Shown: positions 37,205 to 49,991, numbered from the whole stretch's first letter. The stretch: 52,440 nt of DNA, filler included, from Catajapyx aquilonaris (GCA_000934665.2; 2 parts of 2 records of this genome joined end to end with filler, not necessarily neighbours in it); one strand, 5' to 3'. The notes: a model not told the origin generated them from the sequence alone. A program made the numbers and translations.

Positions 37205-40200
37205 GTTGGCGTGTGCAGTAATCAGGTATGCCGAGGAAGCATGATGGCTGTGGGCACGCGAATGACCTTAGCACAACGACCCAAAGAAGAGGTCCTCAGG
37301 TTCGCCAAGGAGTTCAACGACCAATACTACGCTTCCATCAAAAGGTACGGTCCGTTTTATCAAGCGTGGGTTTGCGTCCCAATCAGTCTCTGATTGGATG
37401 GCTGAACAATAAAACCGTTATTTCAGGCGGGAAAAACGTGGACCTGGTTTTTGGCATCAGTCAAACGTTTTTTGGCTTTTGCCTTTAGGTAAAGGCATTT
37501 TAGCGGATTCTAATGCGGATTAGTAGTCGGAAGCTTCAGGGAAAGGAGATGTCTTTCACTCAGATTGATTGGGAAGCAGAGTCAATAAATCGGGACCCAA
37601 AAGAGACCCAGTGAAGTGTGTGTTTGGTCGTTAAGGCCCGCCTTGGGGTCCTACACCTCGTTTGCACTTGATTCACTTGATTGTCTCAAGGTGACGGGGA
37701 CCCGACAGGTGGAATATCTGCTGCTGGGAGTTTTCATTGTTCACAATCCATTCTGTCCTCAACAAAGCAGATAGCATTGAGCCTTTTCACTGGTTCAGTG
37801 ACGGAGCAGTTGGTGTACAAAGGTGTCCCTTGCTATGCCTAGAAAACAATGGACTCCTCACGATTAATTTCCCTAATTATGGACCATCATCGGGAAAGTG
37901 GCGTTATCAGACACATAGCCCGCTTTGTGAAACACTCGGCCATTTTTGGGCCAATTCTTGTAATCTGGAAACGGCAAACAAGAACGGTGTAATTTGAAGC
38001 TGATGTATACAGTTATTTGTCAAAGAAGCTTTGCAGGGGACACTGAACAAACACAGTTTAATTTGTGTCCCGAAATTTCCGGGACCTGATGAAGCAGTTC
38101 AAATGCTTCATGCGGTGACGTAACATGACCTCTCTGAAAAACGAGACGTTTTTTGTCGCTTGTGTTTTTGACTACTGCTGTCACCTTTTGAGTCACATTC
38201 CACTGCTCATATCTCTCTAAGGAGCTTATAAATTTTGGCCCAATTTGCAAGACTGGCTCAGGTGCATTGTAAATAATTTATAGGGCAGAAGATTGGAACT
38301 GGGGAGACCATGCAACAACAATGAGCTGTGCAATATAATGGAAAGACACGTTAGGACATACGTTACAGTTAGGCTTAATTATGTGGCCGTATAGACTAAT
38401 AAGGGTAATGAATTTGTAGCTTTTAGACTACACCAGCCGCTAAAACCTAATTAGGCCTACTTCATGTTTTATATGTACAGAAGGTGGTGAAACACCTTAC
38501 ACAATTTTTACCTCCAGGTTATTAATATCAGTTGGCTGACACATTTGGACTGTTCCATGACTTTTACCAGGCTTGAACTAACACCCTCAAGAAGTCGTTA
38601 ATTTGGTCCCCAGGAACCCCCGGTCCACTCGATCAGTCGGACATCGATTTAAACCCTGGGACCCCCAACGAGACGTGATGGGGCCTCTCGAGTAGGCCTC
38701 TTTAACCCAATGTCGACATGGGAATATAAACGCCTTGAGGGACGTGACCTAAGCCCATACTATTACCACGTATCCGACAAATCATGAGGGGGAAAAAATG
38801 TTTTTAAATAACTGATTTTTGGCTTTTTGAAGAGGAGATAAGAACCAGTTGTGGCGCCCTAAACGTGGTTTTACGAGCTCGTCTTTTTGTTATAGGGTGG
38901 TCATCCAAGTTTATAAAAGGGTAGCACCTCGTTCTTTCCTGGGTTATAGTCCTGCAGGTCTGCTGATGTGACTACCGATTTTTGTGGCTGCGACTGCGAG
39001 TTGGACAAAATCTGAGCCCTAATGTCCAAATTACAATCACGGCCTGGACGTGTTCTTCGGGCTTAAACAGGGTTGGCTGTCCTGGAATTTTGGGGGGATT
39101 TCATATCGAGGTCCCTTTTTGTCTCCAAATTGTGGGATGGAAGTCCTGCCTGTTAGGACAAAAGTTTTTGGATGTAATTAAAGGGAGGATTAGAAAAGAA
39201 GAAAAAAAATATAATTATATTGTCTTGCTTTTCCCTTCCTGTATTTTTTGAATCTGTGCCCTCATTTGACATGCATGAAAGAAGAATAACAAACGATGGA
39301 TTCTTCTGATTGAACTTTTCCTCAGGCTGAATTCCGCTTCACATCACGCCCGATGGGAGCAAATTCAGAAAAAGGTGGAAGAAAAAGGAACGTACGATTT
39401 GACCGAAACCGAGTTGGTATACGGAGCCAAAATGGCGTGGAGAAACTCTGTCCGTTGCATCGGACGTATCCAGTGGTCCAAATTGCAGGTAAGGTTGTTT
39501 CATATCCAGCCTTTTTTTCCCCTCATAGTTTAATAACGTAGCAGTTGTGCCGCATGTACCGCACGTACCATACATTTTTTCTCCCCAAATTTTTTTGCAT
39601 GAAAATGAGAAAATTATGGATAGAATATTCCTAAGCAAGTTCTGGTCATATATTGTAGGTGTTTGACGCGCGGTACGTGGCTACTACCAGCGGCATGTTC
39701 GAAGCTCTGTGCAACCACATCAAGTACGCCACAAACAAAGGCAACATCAGGTTCGTGCCTCATTTATCCTGTCGTTTACTACCCAACCCCAGTTGGCTCA
39801 CATCCCCCTCGTCCTGTCAATTCACAGGTCGGCCATCACGATTTTTGCGCAAAGAACGGACGGAAAGCATGATTTTAGGGTGTGGAACCCGCAGCTCATT
39901 GGGTACGCTGGGTACAGGAATGAGGATGGTACCATCACAGGGGACCCTGCTCTTGTTGAATTTACTGAAGTGAGTACCCCGAGGCCCTCTTGGTGGGGGG
40001 TGAGGGGGATGGAATACCACCATATGGGGCAACAATGTGGACTCCTACCCCAGCCTTATGCAGACCCAATGTCGAAGCTCGATATATCGTTACACTATTC
40101 CTTTACAGGTGTGTATGAAACTAGGGTGGACACCTAAACGGACAAAATGGGACATCTTGCCCTTGGTACTGTCTGCCAACGGCCATGACCCCGAGTACTT

Positions 40201-43200
40201 CGACATTCCTCCTGATCTGGTGATGGAGGTGCATCTCTTTCATCCAGAGTAAGTCAGTTTGGCGGCAGGTGACACGCGACATTGCATCCCATTAGCTCTC
40301 AGGCACGTCAAACCACCTCTAAGAGCTTTTCCGCATCATCTCCGGGCCATTGGGGGGGGGGGGGGTTGAATGTTGGAGGGAAAAGACCTGAACGTGATCT
40401 AAGAACGAGCCTAAAGTAGTGAGAAATAGATGTGTTTTGACAATTCCTAAGAGCACGTAATGTAAATGTTTCTTCTTATATTTCAGGTACAAATGGTTTG
40501 AAGAGTTGGGTTACCGTTGGTATGCACTTCCGGCGGTGTCCAGCATGTTGTTCGACTGCGGAGGAGTGGAGTTTCCTGGAGTGGCCTTCAACGGTTGGTA
40601 CATGTCCACCGAAATTGGCTGTCGTGATTTGTGCGACCCTCATCGATTCAACATACTGGAAGTAAGTATACTTGCTGTTTGTTCGTTTTCAAAGAGAGAG
40701 TAGAGAACTTTTGCCAGAGTTTCCAATATACCTTAATCAGCAGAACCGAGTTTCTTATACTTTTGTCCCGGTTGAAAGAAAATTGGGATTGGACCTAGCT
40801 AGTCACAGTATGTGTATTTCATACGAGCAATGTTACTGCTTCATTACTGCTTTTAAGCAATTAAAATGAGTGAAACGAGCCATTTTGGTTTAGTTATTGG
40901 GCCATTTGCTATATATTTATAAAATAACATTGCGTGGTGTGAAGTAATTTTGACACGCTGAACCATAGCGTATGCTAACAACAATAGTGGCTGGTGTGCA
41001 CAAATTTGAACCCTGTCATAATCAAGTTGAATGGTTAATTACCGGCTTCAGTAGTCTCCATTTAAAATGTGGTGAAGCCCTTGCTATTATTTATCGCCCT
41101 ATCGACGCCCAGCAGTGTACAATCCTATGCGGAACTAAATCCCGTGTAGAGTGTTCATATCAAAACTGTCCGCAACTTGTTGCGGTCATACGCTGCACGC
41201 CTCATTGAGCACACTGTGAAACCAATTTAATCGATGCATTTTTAGTGCCTCGGAACATTCTGTAATATTACAGTTGCCTACTGCGCAGGATGAAAAACCG
41301 TTAACGGTTTTTCATCCTGCGCAGTAGGCAACTTTGTAGTCTCGCTTGATGTGCAGTGTGGCCTGCATAACAGGGACATACAGCTATTTTATTCTTGCTT
41401 ACCAGACAGTGGGGGCAAATATGGGCCTGGACATCCGCAATCCGACCAGTCTGTGGAAGGACAAAGCCCTGGTCGAAGTGAACATCGCTGTCCTGGTCAG
41501 CTTCCAGCATATGAACGTGACAATCGTGGATCACCACACGGCGTCAGATTCATTCATGAAGTTCTTCGACAACGAAATGAAGCTAAGAGGCGGGTGTCCT
41601 GCCGACTGGGTATGGATCGTGCCTCCAATGTCCGGCTCCATCACCCCAGTCTTCCACCAAGAGATGGCCATGTACAATATGAAACCGTCGTACGATTACC
41701 AGGATGCAGCATGGAAGACGCACCAGTGGAAGAAAGGTCGCGATCAGGCCGTTCGAGGAGCTAAAAAACCCAGCCGAAAGTTTCATTTCAAGGAGATTGC
41801 TCGAGCGGTCAAGTTCACCTCGAAGCTGTTTGGAAAAGCGTTGTCCAAGAGGATCAAAGTGACCATCCTGTACGGTACGGAGACTGGAAAGTCAGAGGCT
41901 TGTGCGCAGAAGCTGGGTGATATATTCGGACATGCCTTCAACGCGCAAGTGTACAGCATGGAGGAGTACGACATCATCAACATTGAGCACGAGGCATTTG
42001 TGCTTGTTGTGACCTCAACCTTCGGGAACGGTGATCCCCCGGAAAATGGAGTTGTGAGTGTCTTATTATGCTGGTCATCTTGATGTAACCATCTGACATG
42101 ACCATTCTTTGCAGGTTTTCGCACAGAATCTGTATGCAATGAAGATGGGCGAAAACCACATATGTGGAGATGACGCAATAAGGTAAGTCTCTTCCTAATC
42201 ACACCTCTGCTTCGTCTGAACCGCCACTTAACAAACTCACTCTTCCAATGTTGCCACTAACTTCTTGTGACTAACGTACAGTAGTTTTCGGCCTTTCTGG
42301 CCCCCTCCCCACTTGTGCACTATTAGTAGAGTAGACTAACACTAAAGAAACTGAGAGCAAAGGGCGGTTGATCGCAAAAGCAACCACACAACTAACTCCA
42401 CCAGCATGGCCAGTTCGCGCTCCTTCATCAAGATGAACAGCCAGAGCGCCGAGTCCCAAACGGAACAGTGCTGCAACAAGCTGGAACGCACCGAGTCCAT
42501 CCGAGGATCCGTGTCCGACGTCATGTCCGAGAACAACTTCGGATCCCTGAGCAACGTCAGGTATGGACACCCGCCAATATAACACTGTCCGTTTATTGTC
42601 TAGGTTAGCTGCTTATTGTTGTGGAGGTGCTGGACATTGATGCCGTACTGGTCGCACCACGAGCCAATGGCGGCAAAATAGCGAATTCGCTCTTTTGCCA
42701 CCAGTACGACACCGTCCAGTAAGGGCGTTACACTTTTCAAAGAGCAGATTCTACAGGCCTATTCATCACCATCTATGCCCGTCAGCACCGTAAATCCGAT
42801 TGGAAACAATTGCATCCAGCCAAATATCCGGAACCGCCTGATTTATCCGGAGTTCTCAGCAAGATTTACTGGGGGCCTAAATTCGCGGCCTCTCAAAACC
42901 GAAAATTTTGTTGTTATGTCCGGATGAGGGCTGGTTATTGAGGTCCACTGATTTAGAAGAGCGCTAATGAAGCTGGGGGCTCCATGTGTTAAAGCCCGAG
43001 AGGCCTGCCCTCTAGGGGGAGGCTGCGGAATAAAACATGTCCTCTCTCTCTCACACACATGTATTTTGCGGCGGAAAATAATTCAGAGTCCCAAGAGTCC
43101 CTCAGAGTTTTAGTTACCGGTATGACAAAATTCAATTAGTGAGTTATGGCCGGACGGTCTTTCCCAATATGAAATAATTTGACGGGCATAATAATTCCTA

Positions 43201-45538
43201 ATCGGCACATTAACGCCTGCGGTTCATAAGCGTCAGAAATAATGTTTCCGGTGTTAACATTTTATGAGTCGTTACTGGTTTCGAATCGAATTAATCACTT
43301 GCATATCACTAAAGGTCAACGATGATGTGGAATTGATCGGAACTGTCCATACTATGAGAAAATCGCTGATTATCATGTATTAATCGGAGATTTAGTGTTC
43401 AACCTGGCTCAAAGATGCGAATTTTAAAAATCAATGGCGACTGCTCTGATTAGCATTTTTTGCTGGAGTGACACGCTCGACAGGCTATCAGGGGGTAATG
43501 CAATCAAGTGCTAGCTGCTGTCGTAAAGACGAAACGTGACGAAAGAATAATTCCATTTGTGCCCTCTTGAAAGTAATGCGGCACGTGATGCAACGATCCA
43601 GTGGCTGACAACCTGCTTACTCTCACCATGCCAGATTCGCGGTGTTTGCCCTTGGCTCCAGCGCATACCCCAATTTCTGCGCGTTTGGAAAATATGTGGA
43701 CAATCTACTGTATGAGCTGGGTGGAGAAAGAATTCTTCGTCTGACATGTGGGGATGAACTGGCTGGACAACAACAGGCGTTCAAGGCATGGGCCATGGAA
43801 GTCTTCTATGTAAGTTGGTTGTTCAGTCCTGGACATTAATTCCGTCATACTGCTAGCGACAATTTCCGAAGCGTCAAAAAATGTCGCAAGCAGTATGACG
43901 TGATTAATGTCCAACACTGTTCAGCTGAAGACAATGTACACTCATTGACACCCTGATTGTAGGTTGCATGCGACGTGTTCTGCTTGGACTTTGACCACTC
44001 TGCAGCGGATGTGACAGAGGCTTTGAAGGTAGAGCCGCTGTCTCCGTCCAGCGTTCGGTTCATGGAATGCTCTCCGACAACGACAGAGACGCTGGTGGCT
44101 GGTCTGAACAAGATGCACAACAAGAACGTGCGTAGTTGTCGCGTGGCTAGTCGGAGGAACCTGCATGGTAGCGATGCAAGCAGAGCCACGCTGCAGATCA
44201 TACTGGAGCAAGAGAGTGGGGAACTGCAGTACATGCCTGGTGACCATGTGGGGGTGTTTGCGGCCAACAGGTCAGAGATAGTGGACATCATCTTGTTGCG
44301 TCTGTCCAAGTCCCCGCCTTGGAACTGTCCCGTGGAGCTGCAGGTGCAGAAGGAGAAGAGCAGCCTGAAGGGAGGGACGGTCAAGATGTGGGAACCACAC
44401 GACAAGCTTCCCACTTGCTCGGTGATGACTCTTCTGGAGCACTTCTTGGACGTGACCACCCCTCCGGCACCCAACTTCCTCCTGTTCCTAGCCAGCGCTG
44501 CGGAAGATCCAAAGGAGAAGGAGAGACTGGAGCAACTGGCTAGAGACCCGGAACAGTACGAAGACTGGAAGCAGCACAAGTACCCGCATCTGGGGGAGGT
44601 GCTGCAGGAGTTCAAGTCGGTGAGACCCGACGCCGCTGCCCTGGTGGCCCAACTGCCCCCGCTGCAGCCCCGGTTCTACTCAATATCGTCATCGCCCATT
44701 GCCTACCCGGGTCAGATACACCTGACCGTGGCGGTGGTCATGTACAAGACGGAGGGTGGGGAAGGACCTCTGCACTACGGATTGTGCTCTAATTACTTGA
44801 AGGAGATTCAGGTGGGGAAGATGCTCCCTTGTTTCGTCCGCAACGCACCGGCCTTTCATCTGCCCACGGACGTGACGAAGCCCATCATAATGGTGGGTCC
44901 TGGCACAGGAATTGCTCCATTTAGAAGCTTCTGGCAACATAGGGATTGGATTATGCGCAGGAGGGACAAGCACGGAATAGGGAAGATGACCCTGTTCTTT
45001 GGGTGCCGCCAAGAGGCGTTGTATCTCTACCAGGAGGAGACGGCGGACATGATACGGGCTGGGGTGCTGGACAGTGTGCATCTAGCTCTGTCTAGGGAGC
45101 CAACAATTCCCAAGGTACATTTGACATTATGCCAAATTGAAACTTGTTGTACACTTCATCTCTTTTGCAGACGTACGTTCAGGACAAGATGAGGGAAGTT
45201 TCAGGGACCGTATATCGCCAGGTAGTGGATGAAGGTGGCCATTTTTATGTCTGTGGGGACTGCACGATGGCAGAGTGTGTTTACCAAACACTGAAGCAAA
45301 TTGTCCAGAGCATAGGAGGAATGACTGATGCTGAGACCGAGAACTACATGCTCTCACTTCGGGTAAGTGTCTTTTTCTATCCGTGATCGTTGATTAGATA
45401 TATTAATCATTGTCAATGTGACAGGATGAAAACCGATACCACGAGGACATATTCGGCATCACTCTGAGGACGGCAGAGGTGACCAACCGGTCCAGGAAAA
45501 CCGCCAGAAGTCGTCTGGGGAGTAACACTACCAGCTAG
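37205..45538 (+). CDS. NOS: Nitric oxide synthase (constitutive, CaM-dependent type); 1118 aa traced, N-terminal exon(s) not found
   Basis: Exons 37205-37344, 39326-39488, 39659-39750, 39828-39969, 40109-40248, 40487-40661, 41406-42053, 42115-42182, 42405-42560, 43635-43809, 43963-45114, 45171-45362 and 45425-45538; all GT-AG and in frame. Motifs: Zn CSNQVC, heme [21 protein letters not shown], CaM site [71 protein letters not shown] and RYHEDIFG. Confidence 0.97.
41272..41333. repeat. Perfect 62-bp palindrome in a NOS intron (probable mini-MITE)
   Basis: AGTTGCCTACTGCGCAGGATGAAAAACCGTT followed directly by AACGGTTTTTCATCCTGCGCAGTAGGCAACT, with no spacer. Confidence 0.95.
42774..43190. mobile_element. 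MITE-like insertion in a NOS intron
   Basis: 11-bp terminal inverted repeat TATGCCCGTCA / TGACGGGCATA; no clear TSD. Confidence 0.45.
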
Positions 45539-46587
45539 GACTACTGGGGCCAGATCATTGCTGACCCTGCCAAGAGTCGGGGTTTTCCTGTCTGCTAAAT
45601 CCGACGTGCTTGTTTACCTATGATTTTAAATTCTACCCTACTCTCCAATTGGATTAATCGCTGTTGCTTATCTTGTCTCGTATGAAAACCTCGCGTCTCC
45701 ATCCATTTCAATGAACACATTCCACGTATTTTTATTAAAGTAGCTGTTGTTGTTAAAGAAAAAGAATATAAATCTTCCTCTCCAGGTGAGAGAGAGGTTG
45801 TGAAAAAAGCTGATGATTTGAAAGTTGTATCAAACGGTGCAATTATTAATTTATTTAGCATTCAGTATTTTGCATCTGGTGTTTGAAACAACTAACTGGC
45901 TGATTATCCTAATAGGTGTAAAAATATTAGTGTGACTTTTTTGTGATTGCCTCGAATGCAGGTCGTATTATTCTTCCAAGCATAAAGTACAAGCACTTCT
46001 ACGCTTGTTTCATCTATTCCTGTACTATATACAGTTTATCCTTGCCAACTATTTAGTACCGATCTCTGTAAAAAAAAAATTTAAGCGCCACAAAGACTGT
46101 CCTCTTCGAAATGCAAAAAACAACGAATGCCGACTTATGCAGTAGTGGATATGTGCTACTCTCTTGTAAATTCTTGCCAAAATTTTCCCTTTCTCCAAAA
46201 GCTCACCTTTCCTTCTGCATGTCAGCTCCAATCCATTTTCAAAAGAATTTCAAATCTTGAATCATCAGACATGTTTGCTTCTCCACGTGTTGTGAGGATG
46301 TAGTTATATTGATTATTATCTTTGATTCATTTTTTTATTAATGCAAAAGCGGTTAATTTCCAGCAACCTTCCCTCATCATTTACGAAACAAATGTATCGA
46401 TTCTTTGACTAGTCAAAGGAATAAATTATACAAAACCAAAACTGGAAAAAAAACGCAACGATAAACAATAATTGATTGCATTCATCAGCAACCTAAACAG
46501 TCTTTAAATTACTAACATCTCCCATACAGATATAACTTAATGTTGACTCAAGTCTTGGCACATTCAAACTCTTGGTGGGGACAACAA

Positions 46588-49500
46588 TCACAGTGATGTG
46601 ACGCATCGGCAGTGTGTCTCAGGACAAAAGGACGCTCCCAGGTTGTTGCAGTTGAGCCAGCACCACTTGGAGATACCAGGCAAGCGCCTCCACCTGCCAA
46701 CACCTTCGTAACCAATGCACTGCTGCTGCCTGTTCCCTGCTGGCGCTCTTTCTGGTGCAGTCGTTGGCGCTCTTGTGGTTGGTGCCCACGTGCGAGATGT
46801 TGGCACCCATGTGCGAGATGTCACCCATGTGTGGGCAGGTGTTGTCCAGGTGCGTGCTGGGGGTGTCGGCGCCCGAGTACGTGGAGGAGGAGTAGCATAG
46901 GACAGCGTTCTCCGTGGTACCGGAGTCGTGGTCGTAGTGGTAGTAGGCTTGGTAGTAGTGGTAGTTGTTGTGGTGGTGGATAGCATCCGATTGTAAAAAG
47001 TGGCAGTGACCATCTTGGTGGGTGAGTTTCGGTTGTAGAAGCTGGATGTGGATATCCTGACTGGTGGACTGTGATGGTGGTAGTAGCTGGATGCTGCCAT
47101 GTTCGTCGCCGGGTTCTGGTAGAATGCAGATGTGTTTCTGAAGTTGTGGTAATAAGTAGAGGTAACCATCTTGACAGGCGGTTTCGTCTGGGATTGGAAT
47201 CTGTTGTAGTATGACGTCGATGTTGCCATCTTGACTGGCGGCTTGGTCTGCGTTTGGTAACTGTGGTAGTGAGGCGCTGATGTTGTCACTGTTGGCTTTG
47301 TCTTCGTTAGGTAGCTGTGATAGTACGGCACAGACGTCGGTACTGTCGGCTTTGTCTGCGACTGGAAGTGATGGTAGTGAGAAGTAACCACCTTTGGTAA
47401 GCTATAATACTTCTTGCTTGGCTGGCTATAATAGCTAGCGGTAGTCGTCTGAACCGGATTCTTGTGGAAGTGATAGCCAGTAGGCTTGGTCTGCCCCTGA
47501 TAGTAGCTATCTGTAGTCATATGGGACTGCTTCTTGTATACTGAGTAACTAGGAGTGGTCGACTGGGTCACCTTATACACCACATTGGATTCACTGCAAG
47601 ATTTAACACCAATTAGTTTTGGTCAGAGATCAAATTAGGTCAGTTGACTCACGGAGTCTCTGTGGTCGAATCACGTTGGATACTGATATCAGAGCAAGCG
47701 CGAAACGTCTCCTGTTTCCCGCAGCCCAAAGCGCCGGTACCATTACCGCAATACCCCCAGGAGTTTCCAGCCACATACTCCCACTAGAAAAGAAACCACA
47801 GGTAAGTCAACCATCCAATACCAAAATGCTAAAACTTACTTGAAATATGCATTGTGTACACTGCACATCCGGCAACTTCAGCTCAATATTGAACCGACCT
47901 CTCCCGCTCTTCTTCGGTACGCTGTACTTAGTACCGGTTCCATCAGCCAATTGTATCTGATAGTTCTCAAAACACTCTTGAACCGGATCCTGATTCAGAT
48001 TGTTGTTAGGACACAACCGGAACCGGAAGTAACCTTTGTGGTTAGCAGTGATTTCTACCGAAGCGGTGATCACCTGTGAAAATGTCAAACTGTTAAATTT
48101 CTAAGGGGGGGGAAAAAAAGTATCGTAAAAGATTAACGTAATACACGCCCGACTTGTTATCTCACAAGAGCTGGATAAAAGGCCGCGGTTTTACGGTCAC
48201 GTGTCTAGTCCTTTAAAGTTGACCCACGGAAGTGTCCGTGTGTGTACCCAAGCAAGTCAGAAGACCCCAGAGGATTTGCCAAGCGACAAAATACAGTACT
48301 GGGAGTGACAGTTTTGTGAGTCGTGCCCCTCCTTTAATTCAATGTTCAAAGCCCTACTTAGCAGCGTGAATTAGACACCGTCTAGGCCGATGCTAATGTG
48401 TTAAAATTATGGGCCACACACACAAAAAAGTTGGATGGCAATTAGTGTTCTGTTACAAAAGAAAGGTTCCTATCTCTGAATCCTACTTGATTTTATGCCC
48501 AATTATGATTACAGCTAAACAAACGGTTTTCATTTACGTAGCGGAGGTACTGCCCTAATATTTTTATTGACTAACTTTTAGGGATATACGGTACTTTGTA
48601 GCGATTAAAATGTTTGGATTGTAGCGGTCATGTCCACTGGAGCATATCTTTACTACTTGCAAACAGGTTTATTGCATTTACATTTTTAACTACGAGTCAG
48701 TGATTGAAATGTCAAATGTTATTAAAAATCAATTTGAAGCAGTTATAAATATTTGGTGCTAATTAGGGGTCACAAATTGCTGTACTACACATATTTACTT
48801 GGTTCATGTATTGAACAATTAGAAACGGAACGGATCTCATTACGTTCAGGTGTTTTGATAACGTTGATACGGCAATGGAGCATGTAAGTCACAGCTATTA
48901 TTTCGTCATAAAGAGTGCAACTCACGCTTCCTGCAGTGTAAGTCCTGGTGATGATACCGTTGGCATACCGTCCTCCTGGGGCTTCGTGGGCACGTGGTCT
49001 GGCGTTCCAGGCGTCCCCACAGATGCCGCACTTGCCTCCATTGGTACCCCACTGGCGCTGCTCAACGGGAAACATTTGAAGAAGAAAAAATATGACTCTC
49101 GTTACTAACACATGTTTCTTTCATGCATCGTGATTTGTCATATTATCAAAGCCTAATGCTCGCCCCAGGTCGTGTCTGTAAAGAACTAATTGGTTTCTTT
49201 TAAGTGCATAACGGTCTGATGGTCATATTCGGCCGATTGGTTTTCGGCGTGTTGTATTTGGTTACGAGATGTGATTCCATGACCGAAATAAAGGGTGGGT
49301 CCTGAGCTCGAGGAAGCAGAAATTCGCATAATTATTATGTCACAAGAAGGAGGAGACATTTTTGTCGCAGAAGAGCCACCAAGCAGAAAGTCTTCCATTC
49401 ATCACCTTAGTGTAAAAACAAACTAAAATATTAGATTCGCTAACAATCGAAGCAACAATGTAGTTATTGGCCATTGTTGTCCATTGTAAGAATTACTTGA

Positions 49501-49991
49501 GATATTTTTTTTGCAGTTACATTCCACGCTCTGCATGAGATGCACCACTTTAGTGCTATTTTATGGCCAAAGTTCACGCAATAGGCGTCAGGCAGAACGT
49601 TTCGATCGTCAGGATATCACACTTGCGATCAGAGGAACGGGTACACTTCCGGAGTATCCCCAGTGTGGTAACGCAACTCCATATCAGCTAGATTTTGGGC
49701 ATGGTAACCCCTGTAGCCAACTTTCCGGAACGGTGCATGTCTCATGGGTTCGGCCACAAAAAAAAGTGTGAGGGGAGAGGGGCCATCTAATTTCCTGATA
49801 TGTCACGCACCGTCACGAATATTGTCACACACCATCACGAGACTCACCGAAAATCCTCCACAGTTTCCCTCGTTGTCTGTGTAGTCCGGCGGATTTCGGA
49901 ATCCCAATCGCCACATGGTGGACCGTGACGGAGGCTCCCATAGACGACCATGGCCACACACAACGACCTGGAACCAACGGGACACACTCAT
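46588..49991 (-). CDS. AA15-family lytic polysaccharide monooxygenase (chitin-binding type 4 domain) with long low-complexity linker and C-terminal six-Cys module; start uncertain
   Basis: Exons 49967 (or ATG 49991)-49848, 49057-48926, 48073-47840, 47783-47653 and 47593-46588; in frame, GT-AG. Mature N-terminus HGRLWEPPSRSTMWR (His1 at 49952-49950), NGGKCGICGD, TANHKGYFRFRLC (second His), CTQCIFQWEYVAGNSWG and GCGKQETFRACSDI. Confidence 0.92.

Noticed and set aside
43845..44615. 256-aa minus-strand ORF and other long antisense ORFs over NOS and the LPMO
   Set aside because: Shadow frames of GC-rich coding exons.
37205..49991. NOS reductase as direct electron or H2O2 donor for the adjacent LPMO
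   Set aside because: NOS is cytosolic and the LPMO is secreted; adjacency in a eukaryotic genome does not imply an operon-like partnership.
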